A stretch of 64,000 bases of DNA, taken from assembly GCA_050273025.1 (NCBI GenBank), contig CP158636.1, positions 4,278,001-4,342,000 on the forward strand, written 5' to 3'. The notes beneath the pieces are model-generated. The model was not told where the DNA came from. It did not search any database and was given only the letters and a program-made list of their open reading frames with translations. Positions 25,701-40,400 of this stretch are shown here, piece by piece. Numbering within the stretch: position 1 is the first letter of the stretch; each line of letters starts with the position of its first letter. Source of the stretch: Cenococcum geophilum (taxonomy: Eukaryota). The position numbers and the translations under genes were made by a program.

Positions 25701-28555
25701 TATCTTTAAGCAATTACGAAGCCAGGCATCTTTTTGGCGTTAATGCTGCCTTAAGTTAGAAACCCTAGCGCTTAGTAAGTATAGAGCGCCTAAGGCGATC
25801 TAGCTAATGGTTAAACTTCGCAAAGCGCCTAATTAATTATAGTGTTTTATAATATATAAAGAGTCCGGCAATACTATAGGCGTAGAACGCCTAATTAACT
25901 TTAGATAGTAATGCTGCAGGCGTAAGTTCTAAAGTTAGTTCTAGTAATCGTTCTCTAAAAGCTAATACGTGTAAAGTGCTTAGCCGGTCACACTAAGAGC
26001 TATATAGAGTGGCTAGCTAATTAGCAGATATATATAGTCCATTATCGCCTACTACGCCTACGCCGCTCTTTACTACCTACTATTCCGTTAGTATTTTAGC
26101 ATTAGCTTAAAAACTTACCAATTAATATTTATTTAATCCAGAACGTAAATTTAAAAGACCGTCCTCTAAGATGCTCGTAATTTAACCCCTTATTTTCTTA
26201 ACTTATTACCTATAAAGTTATCTACTATAGAGGCTATTACTTAGTTAGAGGGTTAGTTACTAGATAACAAAAACCTTCTTTATAAACTCTAGGCTATACT
26301 ACCCCCTCTCTCCTAGTCTAAGCTTATAACGGCCTTTAATAAAAAGACCACCGGTTTGCCTCGAATAAAGTCAGTAATTAAGTTATAGTGGAAACGCCTA
26401 AACTAAAATCCTAAGAAGAACCGAAATCCTAGGAAGAACTAAAAGCTTAAAAAAGTTTAAATAGTAGATTTCCTCCTGCGCCCGCAGAGCAGCTATAAGG
26501 TTAGATATAAGCAAGTAAACTAAAAAGGGGCTACTAATACGGTAGGTAAATTGCAGAGAGAACTTCTGACTTTTTGCTTATTATGCGGTTTAATACAGAA
26601 TATGGGACTAGGAATTACCTTTCCTCCCCTAACCCCTATAGTTCCACGCACCTATAGCTATTAACTTGGTAAGAAGGTATAAGCTAGATCTAGCGTAAAC
26701 TATATTATTATTCCATTCCCTTCTAAGTTGGTAAAGTAGCAACGTTAATAGTAGGGTGGCGTAAAACGGTTTTATCTGGCGCTGCATATAATTTTAGAAT
26801 AGGTAGCTCTTTAATTTTAAGGCAGGCGGTATTTAATAGTAATTTTAGCAAAAACATACGCGCATATATAGATTTTTCTTTTAGTGGTAAGTAATTAGCG
26901 CTTAGCGGTCGTGCTAGGGTAATATATACTTATACCTCTTCTATATACCGTAGTAAAACGGACATAACCCATAATTAGCAGTAGTCTATAATTAAAATAT
27001 TGATTTATATACTGGTATAGGAAGCCTTTATTCTAGAATTATATTATACTCTAGAAATATAAATAACGCAACCTATTATATTAACTATAAGGATAAAAGC
27101 TAGTGCTGTAGCTTAGTGGTATACCTCTAGTAGAAAAAAACTACTTAAGTACTAATAATTACAGAACCCTAGATATTGCTAGCACTATAAGATATATAAT
27201 AGGCGCTCGGATTAGGACTTCCTTAGGGACTTCTTTATTAGAGAGTAATAAACAATACAATATATTTATAGTCTGGAAACTTAAGTTTCTTATAATTAGA
27301 TAGCAATTTCCTAGATTTAAAATTAAAGACGTAAAAAGTAATAAGAAGCCTATGAAGCTAAAGAAGAGTTAGAAAGGAGGCTTAATAATTACTAAAAGTA
27401 ATTAAGTCGCGCAACCGCGACGGCTAAATGACTTAGAAAGATGTTTTAAGATATTAGGGAATAAAATCAATCCGATAAGCTATTTAAAATATAGGATATT
27501 ATTTTAAAGAACGAAAGGAAATAAGCGAGGATCGCTAAGCTTAAAGTAGTTGTTTTATTATAGTGGGTGCAAATTCAGTAACATCTAGATAATAAGATGG
27601 CTTAAGAGACTTTTTTAGGTATTTTATGCCTCGCCTTTATATAAGATTTCCTATTGACTCGGATCCTGGTTAACTCGATTTAATGTCCTAGTTAGGTTAG
27701 GGAGGCTTTAAAAGATATTTCTTTAGATAGTTTAAAAATCTATATTTACCTACTTTAGGGAGCGTTTAGTTACAATCTGGAGCTTTTTTAATCTAATATT
27801 AACCTATGCTTTCTTCTAGTAGAAAGGACGCGTTCCTTCCTAATTTAGTACGCGTTTATAGCTTTATAAAAGCACGGGTGTATATAATCTAAAGGCTCTA
27901 GAATGAACTAAATTTAAAATCTGGAATGCAGACCTCTAGATTAAACTAACGCTAAGACCTTCATTTTAGAAGCCGTATATAGTAAAGTTGCCAACTTTTT
28001 AGTAACTTTTAGCGTGTTTTTTAGGCAGTTAGAGGAATATTAAAAATTTATAGCTAAAGTTAGGTTAAACTGGAATTTAACCAAACAGTTGCCTTAGAAT
28101 TAGATTGAAGCTTTGAATTAACTCCATTCTAAACTAAATCTAAGGCCTCTAAATTGCAACCGAACGCTTCCTTATACTTTAAAACTAGCAGTAATATAGT
28201 GTTTTTAAATAATATAGTAATCTGCTAGCAATGCGAGTAATAAAGGCAACCTCTATAAATAGTAAATTATTTAATTTAAATCACGTATTAAGTACATTTA
28301 AGACCCTTTATATAGACGTGATTAAAAGGGCTAATACTACCCCATGTTTAATAAAACGCCACCTTAGTTTTAAGGCCCGTACCCCCTCCTAATTTACTAA
28401 AATAGATATAAATTATATATAGTAGTGTCTATATATAATTACTAGAGTCTAAATATATACCACTATATATAATTAAGGTAAATATAAAAGGGTAGTTTCC
28501 TTTTATTTAAATCTTTAGAAATTCATTATTAGGCACTAGCGCTAATTTGTTAAAA

Positions 28556-31250
28556 ATAGCCAATAGCGCGCCCCCTACTCCACAAGCGACCCTATTCCCT
28601 AATAATAATCTCTAAAAGAAGTGACAGAGAAAGGGAGATAGGGCTAAAGAACTAGCCAAACCTAAATAAGAAAACCAAATACGCTAGAATAAGATTAATA
28701 AAATTCTTAAGTGGAGTAATGACGACGCTGGTCTACTAAAATTCATCTAACTTAAGAAGGGCGATAACCTAAGTCCTACTTAGAAAATATAAGCGTGGCG
28801 GAAGGTAGTATAGGAAGTATATCTAAAGCGGGGTGGCGTAAATAATAGCGATAAGGCTCTTTAAAGTATGGAGTTTAATATATATACAATATACGACTAA
28901 CTTTTATGCAGTTATTATAAACGTTATTAAAAAACTTAATGTTCTAAGCGAATATATTAAAGAAATGAAGAATTAGACCCCTAAGAAGGGTCCGATTAAC
29001 TTTAACCATCCTCCTAATAGTAAAAAAAAAAGGTATAAAGAGGCCAGAGCTAAATAACGGGTTTAGCTATAGCGAGTTCTTAACCGCGCCACAAGATCCA
29101 ATAATAGATAAGGACGGAGATTAAGAAATAAAAGATAATGATTTTCATCCTAATTAAGTTAGCGAATTTTATACTAACCACTAAAATAAAAAGTTAGTTC
29201 CTATTTTTTGGCGAGTTATTATTAAAGATAACTCTATAGCTCTTAATAACCTAAGAAAAGCAAATTAAGAAGTTATTAAATATAATAAAGCACACAACTG
29301 CTACAAACTCTTAGGCATTATTCGTTATAGGATAGTTCTTCTATTACTAAAGGATTTAAGAAATACACTTATATACATAATAAAAGGAGAACTAGATAAT
29401 TTCGGTATAGGGATAGCAAAAAACCACCTAGATATAATTAATACCAAATTACTAGCAGCCCAGTATAGAGAACAAAGAAAAGATCTTCTAAACTTTCTTT
29501 CTTTTACCCTTACTCTTAACAATAATGTTCTTAAAAGATAGCAGGTAGAGCGGCAGGCGTTTTTACAATCGGACCCATCTATAAAGAAGAAAAAAGCTAA
29601 GAAAGATAAGGGGAAGAAGAAAAAGGGGAAGGAAAAGAAAAAGGAAAAGAAGAAGGAAAAGAAAAAAGGGAAGAAGGGAAAAAAGGAAGTAAAGAAGAAG
29701 AAAGGGAAGAAGAAGGATTATATAAAGGCTACCGAAGATAATACTAATAAAACTTTTAAACCTCTAGCAGCGACAAAGAAGCGAGGTTAAGTCTCGTTAA
29801 ATAGCCAATAGTAGTGGCTTAGGGGCTAGTAGGAGGCAGGTCGTGATGGCTATTAGCTCTTAATCTAGCATCTAAAGATATTTAACGGTTGTAAAAGGTA
29901 TATATTTATTATAAGCGAAAGATTCGGTAAGGGGATTTTGCAAATCTGTAAGGATAAATACTTTAAGCTAATTATAAAAGGCATAAAGATGTATATTAAG
30001 GATGTCCCCTTTATAAGCATCGCTATTAGAGGTATAGTATTAGTGGACAGAGAATCGAGCCTAAAAGGTTATGTCTCCTTAAAAGTTAAAAACGACGCAC
30101 CCTATTACACTAATATGCCAATTACGGCCATATATATTAAGGTAAAGGGCGTAAAGAGGTAGTTCCTAAGGACTATATTATGCAATAAGTACGGATCAGG
30201 ACTTATTAATAGGGAATTAAAGGGGTATTAGAAGAAGGTAAAGTAACTAAAGCCTAACGGCATACCAAAATATACTAGAAAGTAATAGATACTAGTAGGG
30301 GGGGGGGAGCGGATAAGTAAGAGGAAATTCAGAAGGAGGGACGACTTAGATAACTTAGACGACTTAGACTTATCTTCCTTTAGGGACGACTTAGATAACT
30401 TAAACTTATCTTCCTCTAAAGATAACTTTAATAACTTTACCTCTAGGGATAACTCCTTGTTAAATAAGTTATTGGAGGAAAAAGAGAATAGTAACTTAGA
30501 TTTAGATAACGAGGGCAATAAGGACGACTTAGGCTTGTCCTCCTCTAGGGATAATAAGGACGACTCCTTGTCGGATAAGTTATTAGAGGAAGAAGAGGAC
30601 AGCGACTTAAATAACTTAGATGACTTAGATAACTTAGGTAATAAGGACAATAAGGATAATAAAGAAGACGATAAGGACGGGGAAGCAATAAAGGGTAAGG
30701 AAAATTCCCTAGTAATAAAGTATAAGAAGCTAATAGAATTAGGGAAAGGAAAGAAAGCTAAGAAAGGAAAGGGAAAAAAAGAAAAGGAAAAAGAGAAGAA
30801 AGGAAAGGATAAGGAAAAGGAGAAAAAGGAGAAGGAAAAGGAGAAGAAGGAAAAGAAGAAGGAAAAGGAGAGAAAGGAAAAGGAGAAGAAGAAAAAGGAG
30901 AAGGTAAAGAAAAAAAAGAAAAAATAGAAAAAAGGAAAGAATAAATCTAAGTAAGTTCTAGTATAGTAGTATTAAAGTAGTTCTAATATTAATAGGGTAT
31001 AGAGATCCTAAAATCGTATTATAAGACGCTAAAGAAATGTTAAAAGGGTTCCTTAATAGTTTAGGGGAGTACGAATATCTAGAGGACAGTATATTAGAAA
31101 TGCTAAAAGGAGGGCTTAATAAATTATATATAAAGATAGAAAGAGATATAAAAATAGGTAAAAAGAGAAGAAATTAAATACTAGTAAAGATTAAAGTAAT
31201 AAAAAAGGAAATAAATATTAACGCGGAACTATAGTACTAGCTAGTCTAGC
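28556..31250 (+). pseudogene. Large hypothetical protein with acidic and Lys/Glu-rich low-complexity tracts, RIP-mutated
   Basis: Near-continuous degenerate plus frame from (M)ANSAPPTPQ through KKKK tracts (29580-29720; 30740-30930) and D/S-rich repeats (30340-30640). ORFs 29938-30162 and 30457-30927 are surviving fragments. Family unknown. Confidence 0.5.
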
Positions 31251-31934
31251 ATTATTAGATAGAAATTAATTAATAATCTTTTAAGCTAAATTTCGTTATT
31301 TTCTACTTACCTCCTCTAAGAAAGAAGAATAGCTTTAAAAGTAAAAGTTAGCTAAAAAATAGTAATATAGAGGAGATAATATTCGCGAAGTTTGTCTTAT
31401 ATAAGGATTATCTTATAAATTAGACGCCCTATAGTAGAATTCGATTATAGAGTAGGGAAAGCACGTATATACGGCTATCTCCTACAAAGTAGAGAATTCG
31501 TTAGTAAGGAGTAGTTGGTTTATAAAAACTTAGCGAACCTTAGCTCCGCTAAGACCCCCAACCTTTACCTTAAAGGGCCTTATTTTCTTCTTATCCTTAT
31601 CTTTTCTTATACTGCGCCTCCCCCTTTTCTTATTACTTGTCACCGTCGTATTAAAATATATTCGCCCCTTAGCGCCGACATATATATAAGTATCTATTTT
31701 ATATCTTTAACTAACGATTAATATAGTTAATTACAGCCTTTTCTTTAGCCTTTCCTAACTCTGGCCTTTAGTATTAGCAACTTTCTAACGCTTATTAAGT
31801 TCTTTTAGTGCTGCCTTTGTCCTCTTAGCGCGTATATATCCTTATAATTCTACTTTCTCTCTTACTTCTCTCCTTTTAATTCCTAATTAAGACTGCTTCG
31901 CAGTCGTTTATATACCCTTCTTAGGTAGGGATAG

Positions 31935-32108
31935 TGTCAGATAGTTTATATAGAGCTATTTATTAATAAAATAGGTTAATTAATTAATAATCTTAATGGT
32001 TTGTTAACCTAGGGCCCCTAGGCTTAGATGAAGATATTTATAAAGCACGGGCCCCGTACACGTAACTCGTGCACATTCTACACTATAAAGGATACAGATT
32101 ATCTAACA
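31935..32108 (-). repeat. 3' LTR of copia element 1
   Basis: Matches 37357-37530 with about 12 differences by my count, all transitions. Confidence 0.97.
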
Positions 32109-32199
32109 CACCCCCTTAGCTTCGACTTGGTTGAGGACAAAGCTAGCTACTTTTTTATGTCCGTTAATGCGTTAATTAAACCATAATCTTATCTAAATC

Positions 32200-35100
32200 C
32201 TTCCGTCTCGCTTTAATATTCTCCCTTAGGTCCTCCAGTTACTTCTCCTTATTTAGCCGCTCCTTAATATCCACTATCCCGATTATATTAACGAAGCTTT
32301 AAAACCTCTGCTTAGGTAGGGCCTTCATAAGTCTATTAGCAATTATCTCCTTCGTCACTATCTATTAAAATTGTACTCGTCTCTTTGCGTATTCCTAACG
32401 TAGCTAGTATTAATAGATATTAACGTGTTGGAGCTTCGTAATTAGCTTTGCCGTATCTTCTATAATTAGTTAAAGTGTCTAGGTATTATCGTAGTTAATA
32501 ATTAAGGGCTCGTTTAGTTGTAACGTTATTGCTTTAAACAGCCTGCTAATAAAGATAGCTTCCTTTACTGTCTGTAATAGGGCTAATAGCTTAGCTTCTG
32601 TGCTTAATATTATAACTATACCCTACTTATTTGCTCTCTAGGCGATCGGCCCCCTAAATAGCTTTATAATATATCCTTGCGAGCTTTTTCTATTAACGGA
32701 GTTGTCCGCGAATAATGCGTTACTAGCATAGATAAATGATTGCGCTTTACTTCTACCGTCTCCGTTATCTCGTCCTTAGTCGCGTATTCCTTTATCTCTC
32801 CCTTTACCATTTATTCCTTCCTTATCTCCTCTATAGTAGATTACTCTGCTCCTCGTGCTATATAGATACTAGATAACTCTATCTACCGCTTAATAGTGCT
32901 CTTAGCTTAGGTCCTAATTAAACCTTACCAGCTATAATACTGCAAAGGTAATATCCGGACGCGTTATAGTGGCTATATAGAGTACTAAACCTAGTTTTCT
33001 TTAATATAGTATTATAGAAGCTAGTAGGGATATAGAACGGACTAATAGGTCTATATTGGGGGATGGACATATTGGACGGATTATATGGTAATTGGTAGAG
33101 AGGAGTTTTGATTCTGCTATAGGAGTGTCTAGAAGACGCCTTCTAAGATCTATCTTATACTAGTTAGCTATCTTCTTAATATAGGCTTCTTAGGATAGCT
33201 ATAGGAGCCTTTGGCTATAATTGCGTAGTACGTAGATTTCTAGGAACCATTTTAGCTTGCTAAGGGTACTTATCAAGTATTCCTTACTTAGCTCCTTAAT
33301 TACTTCTTAAGCTTTCTTCTTATCTATCTTTTAGTAGCAGAAGATAATATTATTGACGTAGAAGAAGACTACTATTCTACCTTTTAGTATAATATATGGC
33401 TTTTAAGGTACTTCTTTAAAACCCAATTCGTTTAATAAGCTCGTAAGATTCTTTTGCCATAATAGTGGTAATCGTCGTAGTCCGTATAGGGCTTTTCTTA
33501 AGCGTAGTACTTTATCTGTCTTTCCTTTATTAAACCCTAGCGGTAGCTTTATATAGACGACCTTATTAAAATCGCAATAGATAAACGCATTGACTACATC
33601 TATCTGTGTTGTCTCTAGGTTGAATTTTGCAGTGATCGCTATAAGGGTTTAGAAGGTCGTACTAGCTAATATAGTGGCTCTCGTAGGTAGGTCTCCTGGG
33701 GCCTATTAATTTCCGCAGACTACTAAGCGTGCCTTGCATTTCTGGAGAAATCCGTACTTATCCGTCTTGTAGACGAATACCTATATTAAGCTAAGGACCT
33801 ACTATCCCTTTACGTGCTTCTTATCTGTTTCTTAAAACAACCTTATTTAATAATGAGATTGGAGATGGGCTCGTTAAGCCTCTTGGAACTAATCTTGAAG
33901 AGGATGCGTATTAAGGTCCCGGATTAACTGGGGTGGCGGAGGTAGGTTCTTTCTATGTAATCTAACATCGCGTATTCTACCTAATTTTAGCTTACTATTG
34001 TTGAGTTAACTATTAAGGTTAAACTTTCTTCCTGCTAAGAAGGCGCCGTAATAGGCTAACGTAATCCTTTTGGTAATAAAGTCTTTAAACCTATTATTGT
34101 TGGCTTCCTTAAACGAGTCTTTGACTAAGTCGTTGGATACCCCCTAAGTGTTAAACGCATCTCCTACTCGATAAGCGACGTCTTAATTAGTACCTTGTAT
34201 ATCTGACTTTATAGGATACTTAACGTAAAAGGCATATAGAGATTCTTTGTCTTCTTCTATTAGAGGTGGTGTATAGTATGTATCTTTAAGAGCTCTTACA
34301 AGCTTAAGATCTGCTGACTTATTAAAGGCTTAAACTAGCTTATTAACGTCGTCGTCTTTCTTTTAAATTAACGGTTTAAATACTTCTTTATCGTCTTCTA
34401 GAAGGACCTCGTTCTTAGTCTAGGTATTAGGTAGTTAAATCTTCTTAATTAGTGTATCTAATTCAGCGTATAGGTCCTCTAAGATGTCCGTTTGCTTGCT
34501 GTTAAAAAATATCTTTTTATTAAAGATAATATCCCTTATAGAGATAACGATACCCTTATATGGAATCCAGATCCTATAGATATTGGTAGAGTTATAGCTA
34601 ACAAGATAGTTAATATGGGCTCGCGGATCTAGCTTACTCAGTCTTTTTTTCCTTAGCTAGGCGTCCGACGTTATCGCGTACGCCCTATAGCTGTAGGCTT
34701 TTAGGTACGCTAGTTGCGGCTTTCTTAATCTCCTATTAGCTAGGAAGGTATAGAACCTCTTATATAGCGATATCCAACCGTTACTTTCCCGTGGCGTTTA
34801 ATCTTAAAGATAGACTATATAGTTAACTATCTCGTTCCATAGGTTGTGTGGTAGATTAGCAGTAATTCTTATTACTTATGCTCTCTTAATAATTATACCC
34901 CCTAAGCGTTCGGCGGTACTGTTCTGAGCTTAGGTATATAGCGCTAAAGGCTTAAATATAATCCCTTAAGTCCGTAGCTATTTAAGGGTTCTCCTTCTCC
35001 CTAGCTCGTTGTCTAATTTAATAGTGTTAACTTTAAGGTTATACCTTAGACGAATCCACTAGACGAAATCTTTAAGCACCTGTAGTGTCTCCTTCTCCTT

Positions 35101-37056
35101 GCTGTACGTCGTTATAAAGTACGGGAAGGATCTTCCTGAGTAGGTATTATGGATAAGCATAACTCGTACAAATTCGGCATGCGCTTTCTTAAGGTTAGTC
35201 TAGTTAATATAGAGGTTAAGATAGGGTTTATTAATCTTCTATTTTAAGAACCTTCTTAAAACCTAACGCTTAATTTTGGCGAGACTGCAATATTAATATT
35301 CTATTGTCTTTGGGCCTCGAAGCTTAACTCCTAAGGCGTTAAAACCTAAATAATAAAGGCTTATAGGTCCTGGATAACCTAGACGCAGATACTATAGACG
35401 TGCATTTCCTTTTAAATCTGGACAAGTGTCTCTTAATAATACTCTGCGCTTCCGTTAACGTAGTAGTCGGCTTATATTAAACGCTAATAGACTTTCTAAT
35501 CGGACGTATTTAATAGTCTATTATTTATAACGTTCTTCCATTTAATATAGGACTGGGTTATCCTTTTAAACTAGAAGATTGTTCTCTCCTTTATTGTCCT
35601 AGTAGTACCCTTGTTTTTAAAGTAGACGGAACAATACTAAATTTGTATTAAAGTCCGTATAAAAGGCAACGTCTTTAAGATATAAGATTCCCTTACTCTT
35701 GTCTAGTTTTGTAACTTAGATAGTGACGTTACTGTAGCCTAGTATAGGCACTTCTAAGCTGTCGGCGATAATATATTTAAATCTTAGAGCTTTCCTAAAG
35801 TTATAGAAATAAGAGAGGTTATTAAAGATATAGAGAGTGGTTCCTAAGTCAAGAATAGTTAATAGCTTTAGTAGATGGATTTAACCTGTGTAATACGATT
35901 CTAGGAATATCGTATTAGCTTCTCCCTTAATCTTAACTTCCTAACTCTTATCCTATTATTGTTAAGCCTTATCTTCCTGTTCTTTAAGTCTGATCTTTAT
36001 AACTTAGTTAGTAAGATTCTTATTCTTTTCTACCTTCTTTAGTGCCCTATTAATGCGCGCATCTCCTATTATAACTCCTATAGGTCTCTTATCTTTAAAT
36101 AAACACTAATAGTTCCGTAGGGAGTGTCCTTATATTCCGCACGCTAAGTACTTAGGCGTTGGCTTCTTATAAGATGTTTCCTTATCCACTAGTATCCTAG
36201 CTCTCTTTAAGCGTCTATTGCGTGCTAAGGCTCTTCCTCTTTATAAACCTTTAGTAGTATTAGAGTGATCCTTAATAGCTTGCTCTGCGAAGTCTGTATT
36301 AAAGGTACTCCCTCTTATAGTAGTATTGGCTTTCTTTAAGGGTGTTCTAAGTCCTTTTTATAGCTCCTTTACTACTCTACGGTATTTAGAAGATCTTAAC
36401 TTCTACAGGTTATTTAACTCGGCAGTGTACTTTATACAGTAGGTGTCGCTAAAAGGTTAAATAACTTTTGCTAAATCTTAAAGCCAGATTCTATTAGACA
36501 TTTAAGGGATCTTATACTTCTCTCCTAATACTATTACGTGTTCCCATTAATCTAACCACTAATTTAATTTTAATAAGTGTTTAAACCCCTTAAGGGCTTT
36601 TGTATACTAGTGTTATACCTTCTTCCTAATAAACAATAAGGTAGGTTCTATGTTCTCCTTTAATTAGGATAGCTATTCTTTAACTATTAAGGAATGGTTA
36701 AGCAGTAGCTTCTTCTAAATTAATACTATGGTTGTAATCTGGGTGCGTATCTATTATAGATGCTCTTCCTATTTTAGGAAGTACTTTATATCCTAGTCGT
36801 AGTATCGTCTACTATTCTCGTACGCTTTTTGTTAATTTAACAAGAGCTATACATATAAGGTTGCATTCTCATTAAAATCTATAACCTTTAGATGAGGTGG
36901 TTTTTTAAGTAGACCTTCTTGAGGTGCTTTTATAGCTGGGTTAACGTAGGCCTAAATTTGCTGATCCACAAGGGCTTAGAGTTGCTATAGCCATTATTCC
37001 CAGTCTTTTGACTTATTGAGGATAATCGTGTTTATTAAGGTAGTCGGTAGAGTCAT
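32200..37056 (-). pseudogene. copia gag-pol polyprotein relic
   Basis: Start MTLPTT at 37056; zinc knuckle ACGI*GHSL; protease ILDLGTTLYIFN; integrase YT*AQNSTAERLGG; RT LRKALYGLR and FFYVNNI; RNase H ASNALFADN..RKS. Confidence 0.93.
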
Positions 37057-37356
37057 TTAACTAATAGGCAGATGGGAATTGAGATGGAATTCGTCATTAG
37101 GATCGTCCTTGTCGTAAGATCGTTCTTATTATCAGGATCGTCCTTATCGTCAGGATTGTCCTTTAACAATTAAGGTGGAGTCTTGTAGAATCTCGTAGAA
37201 TCTTGTGGAATCTCGTCCTGTAATAATTAAGGTAGGATTTCGATTAGGGTCGTCTTATAACAATAAGGTGTTAGAGTCTAACAATAAGGTAGATTTTCTT
37301 TAAATAATTAAGTAATAGCTAAATAGCTTCTTATGTCGGCGGACCGGGCTTATAAC

Positions 37357-37530
37357 TGTCAGATAGTTTATATAGAGCTATTTATTAATAAAATGGGTTA
37401 ATTAATTAATAATCTTAATGGTTTATTAACCTAGGGCCCCTGGGCTTAGATGAAGATATTTATAAAGCACGGGCCCCATATACGTAACTTGTGCACGTCC
37501 TACGCTATAGAGGATATAGATTATCTGACA
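37357..37530 (-). repeat. 5' LTR of copia element 1
   Basis: TGTCAGATAG...TATCTGACA followed by TSD GATAG. Confidence 0.97.
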
Positions 37531-38542
37531 GATAGATAGGCGTACTACCTTGCCCCGCCTTCTCTACTGGGTTAAGCATACATTATACAATTCGATTACG
37601 CGCTCTTTTCCCCTAGGATGTATTGTGTGGAGCCGACAGCTTTAGCGTCCGCTAATAGTCGAAGCCGCCTATATTATAAGGACACACCACCAGGTTACTT
37701 AGTAGAAACCTAGCTAAACGTCTAAGCGGCTATACCCTGCTAGGCTATTAGAACTAGACCTCGCGAGTAGCATTCTGGGTGGCTATATACGCATACCTGT
37801 CTGCCTATATAGTTATATTAAAACGGGCATTCTAAGGACGCTGTATAGTCTATAGGCTCCGGTATAAAGGACTATTTAGCTACCTTACTACTTACGAGAC
37901 GTTTAAGCGGTAAAGGTCTAGTCTTTTAGGTCGGAGTATATAACTATAAAGAATTAATGCCAGCCAGTCTATATTAGGAGGGCGAGTATTACGTAGTGTC
38001 CTATGCCGCCTACTACTAATATATCTAGGTTACTTAATAGAGCCTCGCTTACTACGCAGTAGGTTTAAATTACTTAGTATAGCTAGTAGACGTGCTAGTA
38101 ATAGAGTGATTAGCATTAGAGGGTCCCACTCACCACTAGTAGGTTATTTAATCGCGTAGGCGGCAGACGTACTAGTGACGGAGCGATTAGCATTTAAGAG
38201 CTCCGCTTACTGCTAGTAGGTCTAAATTACTTAATAATACAGAAGGGTAGGCGTGTTAGTGGCGGAGGGGTTAGTAGGGAGCCACTGGCATACTTAAATC
38301 ATTTAATAATTATATATGCAGTAGGCATCTTAGAGCAAGAGCCCTACTCGCTACTAGTAGGTCTAGATTACTTAATGCGGGCGGTAGGCGTATTAGAGTA
38401 GTTAGTATTAAGGGGCTTCGCTCGCCACTAATAAGGACACTGTCTCCTTCTATTATAGATATCTAGCGACGCGTATATATATTAGGCTTTATATCTAGCT
38501 AACAATTAACATAGAAAATTAATTCTGTTGGGTTAGAGTAGA

Positions 38543-40400
38543 TATGTCAGCGCTGCTATTTATTAAGGAATACTAATACGACGGCCTTATTAGAGCTAAA
38601 TATTCTAGCTATATAGGCGGGGCGCTATTCTGACCGTAATTTGCTAAAGGTGTTAATCAGGCGGCAGGTCTAGGCCATTATAGACCTTTACCCCGCGAAC
38701 GGCATGTATTAGATACCTTAGCTAGTTAAGAAGTCTAGGCTACGGGCGAAAGCTAGCGGCGAAGGCAGGACTAGCGCGCATTTTAAAATCCTACAATTCC
38801 CCTTAAGCAACAGCGACGAACACTGTTTCTCTTTAGAAATTTCGTTTAATTAATTTCTATACTACTATTTAAGAAAAGCTAAAAGCTCCTTACTAGTATT
38901 ATGCAACCTATAGCCCTAATAATAAGCGCGGGCATACTTTAGAGGAAGTTTAATAGACCTCGTTTTTACCTAAAAGACGATCCTAAGGCGTATTAAGCTT
39001 TGCTACTCTTAGGTACTCCGCTCTATATAGGGCCTTAATTTAGATATTCCGCCTAATAAAGCGTCTGCAGATTCCAAATATAATTATAAGAAGAATAATA
39101 ATAAGGATAATAGGGATAGCGAGGATAAAGATATCTATAATATAAGTAGCAGTAGGGGAAGTAGTTAAGGTGATTTATTCTAGCACTTTCCTATCATTTT
39201 CTAGTATCTGTGTATATCTAATAAGTAGTAGCGGATCTAATAGTTATCGAAGACAGTATAGCTAACTTAGACCTAGAAGCTGAAGATTATAGAAATAATA
39301 GTAGCGATAACAATAATAAGTTACCCTCGTTAAAAGCATTAAAAGAGCTCTCCTATATACCTACACGTAGCTATACTAGACCTATATTATTAGATAGTAA
39401 TAACCTAGCTAACGGCCGTTGCAATAAAACTACTCCGCAGCTTAGTTAGGAACCTATAACATTAGTTACTAGTTAAGAGTCTTTAGGAACTAGGAGAGTA
39501 GAGGGCGCTAGTAAGTTATAAAGACTGCGATTACTACAACCCTAGACTAATAAATATAAATATAGATAACCTATTAGCTAATAAGGGTGGGCGTAAGAAG
39601 ATAAACTTAAGAAGTATATTGTTAATATTAAAGAAGCGGAGACTTAATCAGCTTAAGTAACTAGAAAACATTAATTATAGCTCTAATAATTCTAAGAACC
39701 TTAGGCCTATAAAGTAACAAAAATTACCCTTTTATAAAACCTTTTCTCCTAGTCCTATCCTTAACCTCTATAACTATACTAACGACTAGGCGGCCTCCGC
39801 TACGCAACCTACTAGCCCTTCCCTTTAGCACTTCTCTCTCTATAACACCACACCACCCTATAATAAGGTTAGTAACTATCTAAATTAAGTTCTCTATAAT
39901 CCTGCTAACAATTTAGCTAAAGCCAAAAACTATAATAACGGTAGTAGTAACATAGATAATAAAGGCGAGGGTAATAATGTCCATAAGTATATAGTGCAAC
40001 TATTAATGCTTATCGGCGGTTAGTTAAACTTAAAGCGCGCTGCGAAGCATCGTCTCTAGTGGACTTACTATTCCCTATCTATATATAAGTCATCCCCTAT
40101 ACGTAATTACCGCACCTAAAAACCGCTATTAAACTCCACTTCTAATTTTAATGCCAATTTAGAAGAACTATTATTCCCAGTTATTTTAGGGCGTAAGAAA
40201 AACGGGTCTTATATTATAGAAGTTCCTCTAAACAACCTTCCTTAATTATTAAACTCTGCCTCTAATCCTAAAGCGAGACTAAAAGCTACGTTAAATACTA
40301 GAGAATAGTTATTCCTAGTAGTCCTTAGGCGCAAAAAAAACAGATCCCACACTGTGGAAATTCCCCTAGACGACTTTCCCTACTTATTAGGCGGTCTCTA
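38543..40400 (+). pseudogene. Hypothetical acidic protein with duplicated C-terminal motif, RIP-mutated
   Basis: Degenerate plus frame with D/N/E-rich tracts; motif EELLFPVILGRKKNGSYIIEVPLNNLP (~40160-40245) repeated as E*LFLVVLRRKKNRSHTVEIPLDDFP (~40300-40385). Confidence 0.45.

Larger units (their letters stand above)
31935..37530 (-). mobile_element. Full-length Ty1/copia LTR retrotransposon, RIP-inactivated
   Basis: 174-bp LTRs TG...CA at 31935-32108 and 37357-37530; perfect 5-bp TSD GATAG; PBS-like GTTATAAGCCC next to the 5' LTR and PPT AAGGGGGTG before the 3' LTR (minus strand); domain order gag-PR-IN-RT-RH. Confidence 0.97.
31740..38460 (-). pseudogene. Hypothetical gene with N-terminal ~80-bp repeats, split by copia element 1 (parts ~37531-38460 and ~31740-31934)
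   Basis: Removing the element and one TSD gives a continuous minus frame ...CMLNPVEKAGQGSTPIY|PYLRRVYKRLRSSLN*EL...; repeats at 38040-38440. Confidence 0.5.

Noticed and set aside
30228..30927. ORFs 30457-30927 (+) and 30228-30650 (-) as intact genes
   Set aside because: Low-complexity purine-rich tract that has few RIP-creatable stops; a fragment of a larger pseudogene and its antisense shadow.
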